Made by a program: the position numbers and the translations under genes | Notes under the pieces: generated by a model | Seen by the model: only the letters and a program-made list of their open reading frames with translations | Told to the model about the DNA's origin: nothing | The model's database searches: none | Origin: Candidatus Latescibacterota bacterium | GTDB lineage: Bacteria; Latescibacterota; UBA2968; GCA-2709665 | Assembly (NCBI GenBank): GCA_965222075.1 | Contig: OZ244937.1 | Location: 4,256,001-4,320,000, forward strand | Direction: 5' to 3' | DNA: 64,000 bases | Shown here: one piece after another, positions 10,045-20,769 of the stretch | How the letters are laid out: each line of letters opens with the position of its first letter | How positions within the stretch are numbered: position 1 is the first letter of the stretch

Positions 10045-11703
10045 TTATCCTTCTCCCCGCGTCACCATCTTTTGAACGATCTCCCGAAGGGCGTTGCGCT
10101 GTACTTTCCCGGTAGAGGTCATCGGTAGAAGATGGGGCTGCATGGGAATAACTTTGCGGGGGGCTTCATAGGGACTCAGACCGGGGATCTGCCCGGCCTG
10201 TCCAGCCTGGACAATACGGAGCGCAGCGGCCGCCTGTTTCTCCGGAGTGAGGCCGTTGCGGAAGATGAGGGCGGCGCAGATGTCTTCCCCCCAGCGGGGG
10301 TCTTCGATGCCGACGACGTAGGCGGCGGACAGGTCGGACAAGGCCTCCACCAGGGCATTTTCCACGGCGATAGGGGAGACGTTCACGCCGCCTTTGATCA
10401 GGATTTCCTTTTTCCGGCCGTGGACGAAGATATAGGTTCGGCCCCCGACCCTGCGCCTGAAGCCGATGTCGCCAGTGTGGAACCAGCCGTTGCGGAAGAC
10501 CTCGGCCGTGGCTTCGGGCTGGTTGAGGTAGCCTGCGGAGACGACCGGGCCCCGGACCAGGATTTCACCCAATTCGCCTTCGGGGGGATCACCGTCGATT
10601 CGGATGTTGTTGTTGGCCAGTTCCACGCCGGCGGCATTCTGGGCCAGGACCTCCCGGTAGTCCGCCTCGGGCAGGTCGGGAGGGACGCCGGTGACGCGGA
10701 GGCTGACTTCGGTGGCGCCGTAGCCCTGGACCAGGCGGACGCCGAAGCGGTCGTAGAACCGGCAGGCGGCCCCGGCGGGCACGGGCGCAGAGCCGATCAT
10801 GATCTTTTTGAGCGACGAGATGTCGTGGCCTTCCTCGAAGAAGCGGTCGGCGCCGGCGAGGAGGTCCCCCATGATGGTGGGCACGATGCTGCTGGAGGTG
10901 GCCCGTTCACCGGCGATGACGGGCCAGAATTTAGAGGCGCGGTAGCGGGAGTTGAGGATCAAGGTACCCCCGACCATAAAGAGGGTGATCGAGAAGATGA
11001 TGGAGTTGACGTGGTGGAGGGGGAGGACCAAGCTGAGGCGTTCGCGCTCATCAAATTCGAGCCATTGGGCAATGCCATCGGCGTTGCCGGCGATGCTCTG
11101 CCGGGTCAGCAGCACCCCCTTGGGATGGCCGGTTGTGCCGGAGGTGTAGAGGATGATATTTACGGCCTGTTCACCATTGGGAACGCCGCTCCACTCCGGC
11201 TCCAGGTCGGCGACCTTACCAGATGCACCGACAAGCAGGCGGTCTGTGGCGACGATGGGGATGTCCGAGACGATTTCTTTTTCCGTGTCCAGGTTTTCGG
11301 GCAGGACACACAGGAGCTTTGCGCAGGCGTCCTTCAGCTTGTAGCGCTTACGCTCCGGCACGTCCCGTTTCAGGTCGAGGGGGACGGAGGCTGCGCCCAG
11401 GCGGAAGAGGGCCAGGTTGAGCAGGAGGATTTCGGGGCAGTTGGGCAGGGCCAGGGCCACCCGGTCGCCCGGTCCGATGTCAAAGATGCGGTGGAGATGC
11501 CCGGCCAGGGCGGCGGTCTGGCGGTCTAAGTCGGCGTAGGTGATGACCCGGCGCGTTTCCCGGTCCAGTTCCCGAAAGATCAGGGCAGGTTTTTCACCTT
11601 GCCCTGACGCGCGCTCCTGGAGGAGGTGCGTGAAGTTTTTCCAGGGGAACCGGTAGGTATGTGTGGCGCCGTCTTTTGTGCAGGTGAAGATTTGAGGATG
11701 CAT
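10045..11703 (-). CDS. Class I adenylate-forming enzyme (acyl-CoA synthetase-like)
   Basis: YTSGTTGHPKGV, QGYG.TE, GWFHTGD, TGKVQR. Confidence 0.9.
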   Translation of the reverse strand: MHPQIFTCTKDGATHTYRFPWKNFTHLLQERASGQGEKPALIFRELDRETRRVITYADLDRQTAALAGHLHRIFDIGPGDRVALALPNCPEILLLNLALFRLGAASVPLDLKRDVPERKRYKLKDACAKLLCVLPENLDTEKEIVSDIPIVATDRLLVGASGKVADLEPEWSGVPNGEQAVNIILYTSGTTGHPKGVLLTRQSIAGNADGIAQWLEFDERERLSLVLPLHHVNSIIFSITLFMVGGTLILNSRYRASKFWPVIAGERATSSSIVPTIMGDLLAGADRFFEEGHDISSLKKIMIGSAPVPAGAACRFYDRFGVRLVQGYGATEVSLRVTGVPPDLPEADYREVLAQNAAGVELANNNIRIDGDPPEGELGEILVRGPVVSAGYLNQPEATAEVFRNGWFHTGDIGFRRRVGGRTYIFVHGRKKEILIKGGVNVSPIAVENALVEALSDLSAAYVVGIEDPRWGEDICAALIFRNGLTPEKQAAAALRIVQAGQAGQIPGLSPYEAPRKVIPMQPHLLPMTSTGKVQRNALREIVQKMVTRGEG

Positions 11704-11768
11704 AGCAGAGGTCAGAGATCAGGGGTCAACGGTCAGGAGCCAGTGGTTGGTTTTCTTACTTACGTGCC

Positions 11769-12854
11769 TTAGACCTCGCCGCACTGTGCCCGGTAGCGCA
11801 GGTAGTGGTCGCACAGGACGAGGGCGACCATAGCTTCTACTATTGGCACGGCGCGGGGCAGGACGCAGGGGTCGTGGCGGCCCCGGCCTTTCAGCGTGGT
11901 CGGGTTGCCCTGTACGTCCACGGTTTCCTGCTCTTTGAGGATGGTGGCCGTGGGTTTGAAGACGACCCGGAGCAGGATGTCTTCTCCGTTGGAGATGCCG
12001 CCCTGAATGCCGCCGGAGTAGTTGGTGCGGGTGCGCACCCGTTTCCCATTGCTGTAGAAGGGGTCGTTGTGGGTCGAGCCGGTCATTTCCACACCGGCAA
12101 AACCGGAGCCGACTTCGAAGCCCTTGCAGGCCGGCAGAGAGAGGAGCGCTTTGCCCAGGTCGGCTTCCAGCTTGTCGAAGACCGGCTGTCCCAGGCCGAC
12201 CGGGACGCTGCGGGCCACGGCTTCTACGATGCCGCCTAAGGAGTCTCCCTCCCTGCGCGCCTGTTCGATCCGTTCGACCATACGCTCTGCGATCTCCGGG
12301 TGGGGGCAGCGTACGATGTTGGCTTCTACCTGCTTTTGGGTGACCGTGTCGGGATCGATGTCGGCGGCGATTTTGTGGACCTGTTTGACGTAGGCCAGGA
12401 TTTCGGCGCCGCAGGCCTCCCGAAGGATTTTGCGGGCGACCGCCCCGGCTGCAACCCGGCCGACCGTTTCCCGGGCGCTGGCACGGCCGCCGCCCTGCCA
12501 GTTCCGAATGCCATATTTGGCCTGGTAGGTGTAGTCGGCGTGCGAGGGCCGGTATTTGGTGCGCATCTCCTCGTAGTCTTTGGCCCGGGCGTCTTTGTTC
12601 CAGACGAGCAGGGAGATGGGCGTGCCGAGGGTTTTTCCTTCAAAGAGGCCCGAGAGGATTTCCACGCGGTCGGCTTCCTGCCGCTGGGTGGTGATCCGGC
12701 TCTGTCCGGGCCGCCGCCGGTCGAGTTCAGCCTGGATTTCTTCCGCTGTGATCGCAAGGTTGGGGGGACATCCGTCGATGATTACGCCGCCGCCCCCCCC
12801 GTGGGATTCGCCCCAGGTGGTGATGCGAAACAGGTGTCCAAATGAATTTCCCAT
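11769..12854 (-). CDS. aroC: Chorismate synthase
   Basis: [40 protein letters not shown]. Confidence 0.97.
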   Translation of the reverse strand: MGNSFGHLFRITTWGESHGGGGGVIIDGCPPNLAITAEEIQAELDRRRPGQSRITTQRQEADRVEILSGLFEGKTLGTPISLLVWNKDARAKDYEEMRTKYRPSHADYTYQAKYGIRNWQGGGRASARETVGRVAAGAVARKILREACGAEILAYVKQVHKIAADIDPDTVTQKQVEANIVRCPHPEIAERMVERIEQARREGDSLGGIVEAVARSVPVGLGQPVFDKLEADLGKALLSLPACKGFEVGSGFAGVEMTGSTHNDPFYSNGKRVRTRTNYSGGIQGGISNGEDILLRVVFKPTATILKEQETVDVQGNPTTLKGRGRHDPCVLPRAVPIVEAMVALVLCDHYLRYRAQCGEV

Positions 12855-13001
12855 TGCCCGCTGCTCCTGTTAACATTCTGTTGAAAGGCCACATCTTATA
12901 TCCAATTTACCGAATCAGAGTATGGGGGTCAAGAAAATTGAAGATTGCCAGGATTGAAGATTGAAGATTGAAAAATGCTCAATGCTCAATGTCTTTGTGG
13001 C

Positions 13002-13030
13002 TTGACAGGCGTCCGGCGCGGCCCTATTTT
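13002..13030 (+). promoter_or_regulatory. Sigma70-type promoter
   Basis: TTGACA-17bp-TATTTT upstream of the creatininase-family gene. Confidence 0.55.
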
Positions 13031-13082
13031 GGGACTTCAGGATTTGGGTTCAGCGATCGGATTTGATCAGGAGGATGTTGAG

Positions 13083-13862
13083 ATGGCGGAGATCTATTCG
13101 GGTATTTTAGAGGAGATGACGATTGAGGAGGTGCGGGCGTTGGATCCGAACGTGTGCGTGATTCCGATCGGGTCGACCGAGCCGCACGGGCCGGCGCTGC
13201 CTTACGGGACCGACAGTTTCCAGGTGGAGACAACCAGCTATGGGGGGACGCGGGAGTCGAACAGGCTGGGGGGGCGTGTGCTGTGCCTGCCGTCGCTGCG
13301 GATCAGTCTGAACAACAATTTTCGGGCATTTCCGTTTGCCTGCCGGATGCAGGTGTCGACGTTTATGGCGTTGTTGAAAGATCTGGTGGAGATGTGCGAG
13401 GCGGAGGGGATTCTGCGGGTGGTTCTTGTGAACGGACACGGCGGCAATCTGGATGCGATCCGCGCCGTGCAGCGCGACTTGGCCGCGCGTGACGGGGCTT
13501 TTGTCTGTCTGATCCCTGCAACGGGATGCGCCTCTGCAGAGGCCCGGAGCGTCTGGGAGAACCGGAGCGACCACGCCGGAGAAGAGGAGACCTCCCAGAT
13601 GCTGTATCTGCGGTCCGATCTGGTGCGCAAGCAGAAGATCGGGGACAATCCCCGGATGCAGCCCAGTGTGGAGGTATTGACGGAGTTCAAGGCGGAGTTC
13701 GTGCGGCCCTGGCACCTCTACCTGCCCACATCGGCCGGGGGAGACGCCACAAAGGCCTCGGCCGAGAAGGGAGAGAGGGTGATCGGATCGGCGATTGAAG
13801 GGATGGGGCGGTTCTTAGCGGAGCTGTCGAAGGTGCCGGAGGGTGAGACGTTTCCGTATTGA
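13083..13862 (+). CDS. Creatininase/creatinine amidohydrolase family protein
   Basis: PIGSTEPHG..LP.GTD, NGHGGN, DHAGE.ETS. Confidence 0.88.
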   Translation: MAEIYSGILEEMTIEEVRALDPNVCVIPIGSTEPHGPALPYGTDSFQVETTSYGGTRESNRLGGRVLCLPSLRISLNNNFRAFPFACRMQVSTFMALLKDLVEMCEAEGILRVVLVNGHGGNLDAIRAVQRDLAARDGAFVCLIPATGCASAEARSVWENRSDHAGEEETSQMLYLRSDLVRKQKIGDNPRMQPSVEVLTEFKAEFVRPWHLYLPTSAGGDATKASAEKGERVIGSAIEGMGRFLAELSKVPEGETFPY

Positions 13863-13882
13863 AGACGGCAGAAGGCAAAGAC

Positions 13883-13911
13883 GCAGGGGCGACCCGGCGG
13901 GTCGCCCCTGC
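13883..13911. repeat. REP-like palindrome (possible terminator)
   Basis: gcaggggcgaccc-ggc-gggtcgcccctgc perfect stem. Confidence 0.7.
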
Positions 13912-13923
13912 TGTGGATTTGGA

Positions 13924-13952
13924 TTGACCTGCAGAGCGCCGGGATTTATCTT
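13924..13952 (+). promoter_or_regulatory. Sigma70-type promoter
   Basis: TTGACC-17bp-TATCTT upstream of the gene at 13979. Confidence 0.55.
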
Positions 13953-13978
13953 GGAGTTGAGACGCGAAAGGAGAAAAG

Positions 13979-14947
13979 ATGGACGAGGTTAAGATCGGGT
14001 TTGTGGGATGCGGGGGGAACGCGCGCGGGCATATGAGGCGGCTGGTGGAAATGGAGGGGGCGCAGATTGTGGCGGTGTGCGACCTGGTGGAGGAGCTGGC
14101 GCAGCAGGCGGCGGAGCTGACGGGGGGCGCGGCTTATACCGATTTTCGGCGGATGCTGGAGCAGGATGACCTGGACGCCGTGTACCTGAGTATTCCGGTA
14201 TTCGCCCACGGAGAACCGGAGCTGGCCGTGATCGACCGGGGGCTGCCGTTTCTGGTGGAGAAGCCGGTGGCGCGGGATATGGAGACGGCCTGGAAGGTGG
14301 AAGCAGCGGTGCAGCAGGCGGGGGTGATGACTTGTGTGGGGTACCAGCTTCGCTATTCCGGGGCCGCGGATATTGTCCGGGAAGCGCTTGAGGGAGAGAC
14401 GATTTCGATGGTGGTGGGGAAGTACTGGAGTGGAAGCGGCCGGGGGGATGCCGGCGCCTGGGTGCGGCAGTTCGCGAAGTCGGGCGGACAGCTGGTAGAG
14501 CAGGCCACCCATACAATCGATATCATGCGCTTTCTGGTGGGAGAGGTGGTCGAGGTGACGGCGCGGCACGCGTCCCGGCAGCTCCACACGATCGATTGTC
14601 CGGACGTTCACACGGTTCTGTTCGAGTTCGAAAACGGGGCGCTGGGAACGCTGACGACGACGTGGGCGTACGACCCTTCGGACTGGTCGAATGCCAATGT
14701 TTTGGATATTCTTTACGGCCAGTGTCTGATAAGCTGGTCTGGAGGGCGGGTGAGGATTACCGAGCATGGTGAGGCGCGAGAGCAGACAGCGCCCGGCCCC
14801 GGTATCGACGAAGTTTTCGTGGAGGCCGTGCGCAGGGGAGACGCATCGGAGATTCGTTCGCCCTATAGTGATGCGGTGAAAAGCCTGAGGGTTTCTCTGG
14901 CTGCGGTGGAGGCCGGAGAGACGCAAACGACGGTTCGGGTGCTGTGA
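13979..14947 (+). CDS. Gfo/Idh/MocA family oxidoreductase
   Basis: GFVGCG, EKP, SGG..VEQ.TH..D. Confidence 0.9.
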   Translation: MDEVKIGFVGCGGNARGHMRRLVEMEGAQIVAVCDLVEELAQQAAELTGGAAYTDFRRMLEQDDLDAVYLSIPVFAHGEPELAVIDRGLPFLVEKPVARDMETAWKVEAAVQQAGVMTCVGYQLRYSGAADIVREALEGETISMVVGKYWSGSGRGDAGAWVRQFAKSGGQLVEQATHTIDIMRFLVGEVVEVTARHASRQLHTIDCPDVHTVLFEFENGALGTLTTTWAYDPSDWSNANVLDILYGQCLISWSGGRVRITEHGEAREQTAPGPGIDEVFVEAVRRGDASEIRSPYSDAVKSLRVSLAAVEAGETQTTVRVL

Positions 14948-14959
14948 AGGAGGCGTATT

Positions 14960-16060
14960 ATGGTGACGTATCAGGATCTGGGTATGCGGCCTTTTATCAA
15001 TGCGAGCGGGACGATCACGACGCTGGGGGGCAGCCTGATGCCTCAAGAAGTACTGGATGCGATGCAGGAGGCTGCGGGGGCGTTTATCGACCTGAACGAC
15101 CTCAACGTGAAGGCAGGGGAATACCTGGCGCGGCGGATTGGGGTGGAGGCGGCGTGCGTCTCCTGCGGCGCAGCCAGCGGCGTGCAGCTGTCGGCTGCGG
15201 CATGCCTGACGGGAACGGATGTGGAGCGGGTGCGGAGTTTGCCCAACATCGAGGGCTGGAAGAACGAGTTCGTGATCAGCATGGTTGACGCACACACGTA
15301 TATCCACCAGGGGATTGAGGTGTGCGGGGGAAGGCTGGTCCGGGTGGGAAGCAGGACGCAGGTGACCGCCGACGATATTGTAGGGGGCATCGGCGAGAAG
15401 ACGGCTGCGGTGGTCCACTTTCTGGGCAAGCAGAGCAAGGAGCAGCTGCGGGCAGTGGTTGCCGGGGCGGAGGAACGCGGGGTGCCGGTGATTGTGGATG
15501 CGGCTGCCCAGCTTCCTCCCCGCTCGAATCTGACCGAGATCGTGGGGATGGGTGCGAGTCTGGTGGTTTTCAGCGGGGGGAAGGGCCTGCGGGGCCCCCA
15601 AAGCAGCGGTCTGGTACTGGGGAAAAAGGCGTTTGTGGAGGCGGCTATGCTCAATGCGAGCCCCTACAGCGCTATCGGGCGGGGGATGAAGGTGGGTAAG
15701 GAGGAGACCCTGGGGCTGGTGGCGGCGGTGGATCGGTTTCTGAAGGGCAGGGACGAAGAGGACCGGCTCACCTGGGAATGGCAGGTGAGCTGTGTGGTGG
15801 AGGCGCTGGACGGCATCCCGGGCGTTCGGGCCTACATTTTAAGGGAGGGCCAGCAGGCTGCGCCCGATTTTGCGCCCCGGGCCTATGTCGATCTGGAAGG
15901 GGAAGCACAGGCGCAGGAGGTGGTTCGGGCAATGCGTGAGGGGGAGCCGTCGGTGGTGATCCGTGGGGGGCCGAAGGGTGTTGTTGTGGATCCGATGACG
16001 CTGATGCCAGGCGAAGAGGAGGTTGTGGCCCGGCGGTTGAAGGAGGTGCTGAGTGTCTGA
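14960..16060 (+). CDS. SelA-like PLP enzyme (DgaE/D-glucosaminate-6-P ammonia-lyase-like)
   Basis: INASGT.T.LGGS, VDAAA, FSGGK, GRGMKVGKE; short form. Confidence 0.8.
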   Translation: MVTYQDLGMRPFINASGTITTLGGSLMPQEVLDAMQEAAGAFIDLNDLNVKAGEYLARRIGVEAACVSCGAASGVQLSAAACLTGTDVERVRSLPNIEGWKNEFVISMVDAHTYIHQGIEVCGGRLVRVGSRTQVTADDIVGGIGEKTAAVVHFLGKQSKEQLRAVVAGAEERGVPVIVDAAAQLPPRSNLTEIVGMGASLVVFSGGKGLRGPQSSGLVLGKKAFVEAAMLNASPYSAIGRGMKVGKEETLGLVAAVDRFLKGRDEEDRLTWEWQVSCVVEALDGIPGVRAYILREGQQAAPDFAPRAYVDLEGEAQAQEVVRAMREGEPSVVIRGGPKGVVVDPMTLMPGEEEVVARRLKEVLSV

Positions 16061-16094
16061 TGGATGCGCCTGGTTTGGAAGATAAGGATTCCCT

Positions 16095-17546
16095 ATGGCC
16101 ATTTCGGTGAAACAGATTGATCTGAACGTGCTGAATATGAGGACCCGGATGCCGTTCAGGTACGGGATTGCGTCCTTAGTTGCACTGCCGCACCTGTTTT
16201 TGCAGGCGACAGTCGATGTGAACGGCCGGACAGCGGTGGGGCACTCGTCGGACGGACTGCCGCCCAAGTGGTTCACCAAATACGCCGAGACGTCGTTCGG
16301 CGAGGACTTAGAGGAGATGCTCACGGTGATCCGGCAGGCCTGCGCACTGGCGCAGCAGGCGGCGCCTGCGGATACGGTGTTTGACCTGTGGTGGGAGCTG
16401 TATACCCGGCAGAAGGACTGGGCCGCCGCGACCGCTTATCCCCCGCTGCTGTGGGGGTTCGGGGTGAGCCTGGTGGAGCGGGCGGTGATCGACGCGTTCT
16501 GCCGGTGTGAGGGCATGCCGTTTTTCCGGGCACTGCGCGAGAATACGCCGGGCATCCGCCTGGGAGAGATCCACGGCGAACTGGCCGATTTCAGCCTGGC
16601 CGATCTGTTGCCGGCGCATCCGAACCGATCGGTGATTGCACGCCAGACCATCGGGCTGACCGACCCTCTGACGGATGGCGATATTCCTGAGGAGGAACGC
16701 CTCGACGACGGCCTGCCTCAGTCTCTGGAAGCCAGCCTGCGTGCGTACGGGCTTACCCATTTGAAGATTAAGCTCTTCGGAGACGCGGAGACAGATTCGG
16801 AGCGGCTCAAACAGATTGCCGATCTGATGGCCCGCCATGCAAGCTCCGGGTACGCGTTTACGCTGGATTGGAACGAGCAGTATACCGAGTTGGAGCCTTT
16901 CAGGGTTCTCTGGGAATCCATCCTGGCGGATGCGTCTCTGGCCGCTCTTATGGAGGGGCTGCTGTTTGTGGAACAGCCGCTTCACCGCGATGTGTCGCTG
17001 GGCCCTCGGGTGAAGTCCGCGATGCAGGGCTGGCCCGATCGCCCGCCGCTGATTATCGATGAGTCGGACGCGACCTTCTCAAGCGTGCTTGAGGCATTAG
17101 ACTGCGGCTATGTCGGCACCAGCCACAAGAATTGCAAGGGGGTTTTTAAGGGGATCGCCAATGCATGTCTTCTGGAATACCGGCGGCGCACCGATCCGGG
17201 CGGGCGCTACATCCTGAGCAGCGAAGACCTGGCCAATGTGGGACCCGTGGCGCTTTTTCAGGATCTGGCGGTTGCGCTCAATTTGGGGCTTGACCATGTC
17301 GAGCGCAACGGCCACCACTATTTTGCCGGGTTGAGCATGTACCCCGAGGACCTGCAGGTACAGGTGCTTTCGCACCACGGCACGCTGTATCGCAAACACG
17401 AACGGGGATTTCCCGCCTTAGATATCCGAAGCGGCCGGATTGATACGAGCAGTGTTGTGGATGCGCCGTTCGGCTACCGGTTCGACTTAGATACGACACG
17501 GTTCACGCCGCTGGAAGACTGGACGGACGACTCTTTGGAGATTTGA
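16095..17546 (+). CDS. Enolase/mandelate-racemase superfamily protein
   Basis: KxK motif (HLKIKL) and metal ligands LD.NEQ, VEQP, IDESD. Confidence 0.65.
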   Translation: MAISVKQIDLNVLNMRTRMPFRYGIASLVALPHLFLQATVDVNGRTAVGHSSDGLPPKWFTKYAETSFGEDLEEMLTVIRQACALAQQAAPADTVFDLWWELYTRQKDWAAATAYPPLLWGFGVSLVERAVIDAFCRCEGMPFFRALRENTPGIRLGEIHGELADFSLADLLPAHPNRSVIARQTIGLTDPLTDGDIPEEERLDDGLPQSLEASLRAYGLTHLKIKLFGDAETDSERLKQIADLMARHASSGYAFTLDWNEQYTELEPFRVLWESILADASLAALMEGLLFVEQPLHRDVSLGPRVKSAMQGWPDRPPLIIDESDATFSSVLEALDCGYVGTSHKNCKGVFKGIANACLLEYRRRTDPGGRYILSSEDLANVGPVALFQDLAVALNLGLDHVERNGHHYFAGLSMYPEDLQVQVLSHHGTLYRKHERGFPALDIRSGRIDTSSVVDAPFGYRFDLDTTRFTPLEDWTDDSLEI

Positions 17547-17735
17547 GAAATTTCAAATGCAATCCTAAACGCTGTGCTGCCATCGGTGCAGGCCCTAAAC
17601 GTCTGGCGCCATTGAGATCGCGATTGTGGAAAAACAGAACTGGAACGGCCTCTCGGACGAAGACGGCATATAGGGGCACGGTGTGCCGTGTGGTAGGGTT
17701 GGGCCCGGTTGCCGGTTGTCACAGTGGAGGTGTAT

Positions 17736-19076
17736 GTGAGCAGAATCGACTGGAATGCGGTAAAAGAAGAGGTGGCCGGGTACCTTCAGGACCTGATCCG
17801 GCTGGATACGACGAATCCGCCGGGGAATGAGATTCTGGCGGCGGATTATCTGGCAGGTGTGCTGCGCCGGGAGGGGATCAAGCCGCAGGTGACGGAGTCG
17901 GTGCCGGGGCGGGGGAATGTGACGGCGCGGCTGGCGGGAGGGCCCAGGCCGCTGCTGCTGCTGGGGCATACGGATGTGGTGGCGGCAGAGCCGAAGAAGT
18001 GGACCCGTCCTCCATTTGGCGGGGAGCTGCACGATGGGGTTGTGTGGGGGCGGGGGGCACTGGATATGAAGAATATGGTGGCCGTGGAGCTGATGGTGTT
18101 TCTGATGATGGCGCGGCAAGGGGTTCCCCTGAGGCGGGATCTGATTTTTGCAGCGACAGCGGACGAGGAGGCGGGGAAGGGCGACCACGGGGTGGGCTGG
18201 CTGCTGGACCGGTTTCCCGAGCAGGTGGAGGCACCCTTTGTGCTTACGGAGGGGGGCGGGGGGGATTTCCGCATCGGCGGGCGGCGGTTTTATGCCTGCC
18301 AGACAGGGCAGAAGGGGATCTGCCGATTTCGGATGGTTGCAAAGGGGCTGCCGGGGCATGGGTCCAGGCCCCATGGGGAGAATGCTGTGGTGCGGCTGTC
18401 CGGGGCGGTGGCGGGTTTGGGAGAGGCCGAATTGCCGATGCATCCTTCCAAGACGCTCCGGGCGTTCTTAGCGGGGATCGCTGAGACCCAGGATGCGCAG
18501 ACGGCGGCGCTGCTGCGGGATGTGCTCCATCCGGAGCGGAGCGAGGCGGCCCTGGACGTCCTGCCGCTGGACGGCGAGATGACCTCCGGGCTTCGGGCGC
18601 TGCTGCGGAATACGGCTTCGGTTACGATGCTCCAGGCGGGGCAGAAGATCAATGTGATTCCCACGGAGGCCACGGCGTGGGTGGACGGGCGGCTGGCGCC
18701 GGGACAGACGGGTGAGCGGTTTTTTGAAGAGATCCGACCCTTTACCGGGAAGGACGTGGTCTTTGAGATGGATCAGTACAGCCCGCCCTTAGAAGCGGAT
18801 GTCGACTCGCCGCTTTACCGGACGATCGTTGAGGTGATGGGGGAACACGATCCAGAGGCGGTCGTGGTGCCTTCGATTTCAACAGGTGGGACGGATGCGA
18901 AGCATATCTGCCCCCGGCGGCCGGGGACGCAGGTTTACGGGTTTATGCCCTACCAACAGGCGCCCGGGGAAGAGGAGATGAACCTGATTCACGGACACGA
19001 TGAGCGGACGTCGGTGGAGAACTTAGTGTTTGCAACACGGGTTCTTTACGATATCGTCCGCCGCTTTTGCAGTTAA
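17736..19076 (+). CDS. M20/M25/M40 family metallopeptidase/amidohydrolase
   Basis: GHTDVV, GRGALDMK, DEE, HG.DER. Confidence 0.9.
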   Translation: MSRIDWNAVKEEVAGYLQDLIRLDTTNPPGNEILAADYLAGVLRREGIKPQVTESVPGRGNVTARLAGGPRPLLLLGHTDVVAAEPKKWTRPPFGGELHDGVVWGRGALDMKNMVAVELMVFLMMARQGVPLRRDLIFAATADEEAGKGDHGVGWLLDRFPEQVEAPFVLTEGGGGDFRIGGRRFYACQTGQKGICRFRMVAKGLPGHGSRPHGENAVVRLSGAVAGLGEAELPMHPSKTLRAFLAGIAETQDAQTAALLRDVLHPERSEAALDVLPLDGEMTSGLRALLRNTASVTMLQAGQKINVIPTEATAWVDGRLAPGQTGERFFEEIRPFTGKDVVFEMDQYSPPLEADVDSPLYRTIVEVMGEHDPEAVVVPSISTGGTDAKHICPRRPGTQVYGFMPYQQAPGEEEMNLIHGHDERTSVENLVFATRVLYDIVRRFCS

Positions 19077-19086
19077 GGAGGTCGGT

Positions 19087-19653
19087 ATGTGCAAGCGGTT
19101 TGTTTTTGTCGCGGTGTCCAGTTTCTGTCTGGCAGGTCTGATCGGGTGTGGGGGAGAAAAAGAGGGGCAGGCCCAGGACCTGGGGGCGATTTCGATCCGG
19201 GTGCCCGAGGGGTGGACGATCGAGCCGCCGTCGTCCAGGATGCGGAAGGCGCAGTACGTCTTGCCCAGGCAGGGGCAAGACCCGGAGGACGCCTCGCTGG
19301 TGGTCTTCCATTTTGGGCCGGGCCGGGGAGGATCGGTGGAGGCGAATCTGAAGCGGTGGTACGGGCAGTTCAAACAGCCCGACGGGAGACCTTCCGGCGA
19401 GGTGGCCCGGGTGGCCAAGAAGACGGTTTCCGGAATGCGGGTAACGGCCGCCGATGTGAGCGGGACGTATGCGCCTGCGGCGATGGGCCCTATGATGCCC
19501 GCGGGAGAGCCGAAGCCGAACTTTCGGATGCTGGCGGCGATTGTGGAGTCCCCACAGGGACCGTACTTTTTCAAGCTGACGGGACCGGAAGGGACGGTGG
19601 GGCACTGGAAGGGGGCGTTCGATCAGTTTATCGAGAGCGTCCAGAAAAAATAA
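19087..19653 (+). CDS. Hypothetical lipoprotein
   Basis: AAGGAGG RBS; signal peptide with lipobox LIGC; GGSVEAN..RW..QF. Confidence 0.7.
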   Translation: MCKRFVFVAVSSFCLAGLIGCGGEKEGQAQDLGAISIRVPEGWTIEPPSSRMRKAQYVLPRQGQDPEDASLVVFHFGPGRGGSVEANLKRWYGQFKQPDGRPSGEVARVAKKTVSGMRVTAADVSGTYAPAAMGPMMPAGEPKPNFRMLAAIVESPQGPYFFKLTGPEGTVGHWKGAFDQFIESVQKK

Positions 19654-19658
19654 TCCGA

Positions 19659-19721
19659 ACCGCAGCGAGCGCAGAGGAATTCAATTGAAGATTTTCTCTG
19701 CGTCCTCTGCGTCTTTGCGGT
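19659..19721. repeat. Imperfect inverted repeat built from ~9-bp units
   Basis: accgcagcgagcgcagag ... ctctgcgtcctctgcgtctttgcggt. Confidence 0.6.
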
Positions 19722-19735
19722 GTCAGGAGATGGGA

Positions 19736-20716
19736 ATGTCACGAAAAGTACTGGTCACCGATTACGCCTGGGCAGACCTGGAGGTGGAGAAGGGTGTTCT
19801 GGACGAGATCGGGGTGGAGGTGGTCGATGCGCCGGATGGGGAGGAGGAGACGCTGGCCGGGCTGGCAGGACAGGGGGTGTGCGGGATTCTGACGTGCTGG
19901 GCGCAGACGACGCGGCAGGTGATCGAGGCGTCATCTAATCTAAAGGCGATCGTGCGCTACGGGGTGGGGCTGGACAATATTGACGTGGCGTTTGCGACCG
20001 GGCAGGGCATTCCGGTGGCGTACGTGCCGGATTACTGTCTGGTTGATGTGGCCGAGCATGCGATGGCGCTGCTGCTGGCGCTCTCCCGAAAGGTGGCGCG
20101 GTTCGATCGGCTGGTCCGGCAGGGGACGTGGGACATCCAGGCGGGGCTGCCGCTACGCCGGCTGACCGGGCAGACGCTGGGGCTGATCGGGTTGGGGCGA
20201 ATCGCCCGGGCGGTGGTGCCCCGGGCGGTGGTATTTGGGCTTAAGGTGGTGGCATTTTCCCCGTCGCTGACACCGGAGCAGGCCTCAGAGGCGGGGGCGG
20301 AAGCAGTGGGCCTGGACCGGCTGCTGGAGGCGTCCGACTATGTGTCGCTCCACTGTCCCTCCTCGGAGAAGACACGGGGGATGATTGATGCGGATGCCTT
20401 AGCGAAGATGAAGCCGACGGCATGTTTGATCAATACGTCCCGGGGAGACCTGGTGGACGAAGCGGCGCTGGCCGAGGCCTTAGAGGCGGGCGGGATTGCA
20501 GGGGCCGCGCTGGACGTGCGGCCCCTGGAGCCGCCGGGCGAGGGGGACCGGCTGATCGGGATGGAGCAGGTGATCCATACCCCGCATGCGGCGTTCTATT
20601 CAGCGGAGTCCCTGGTGGAACTGAGGGAGCGGGCCGCGTGGGAAATGCGCCGGCTGCTGACGGGCGAGGATGCCGAGAATCTGGTGAATCCGGAATACAA
20701 GAAACGTGAGACGTGA
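19736..20716 (+). CDS. D-2-hydroxyacid dehydrogenase (CtBP/SerA-like)
   Basis: GVGLDNID, G.G.I, INTSRG, LDV...EP, TPH.A. Confidence 0.9.
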   Translation: MSRKVLVTDYAWADLEVEKGVLDEIGVEVVDAPDGEEETLAGLAGQGVCGILTCWAQTTRQVIEASSNLKAIVRYGVGLDNIDVAFATGQGIPVAYVPDYCLVDVAEHAMALLLALSRKVARFDRLVRQGTWDIQAGLPLRRLTGQTLGLIGLGRIARAVVPRAVVFGLKVVAFSPSLTPEQASEAGAEAVGLDRLLEASDYVSLHCPSSEKTRGMIDADALAKMKPTACLINTSRGDLVDEAALAEALEAGGIAGAALDVRPLEPPGEGDRLIGMEQVIHTPHAAFYSAESLVELRERAAWEMRRLLTGEDAENLVNPEYKKRET

Positions 20717-20728
20717 ATATCGGGAGGG

Positions 20729-20757
20729 TTCGGAGTCCGCCTGCGGCGGACTCCGAA
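20729..20757. repeat. Short palindrome
   Basis: ttcggagtccgcc-tgc-ggcggactccgaa; a related cggagt-ggg-actccg occurs near 60055. Confidence 0.6.
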
Positions 20758-20769
20758 AAGGACTTTCGT

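Noticed and set aside
13946-15601. Long antisense ORFs (also 10132-11529, 36707-38035, 61439-62512 and others)
   Set aside because: Shadow or alternate-frame ORFs of well-supported genes in GC-rich DNA, with no motifs
14960-16060. Selenocysteine synthase selA
   Set aside because: Short SelA-like form in a catabolic context; no selB, selC or selD nearby
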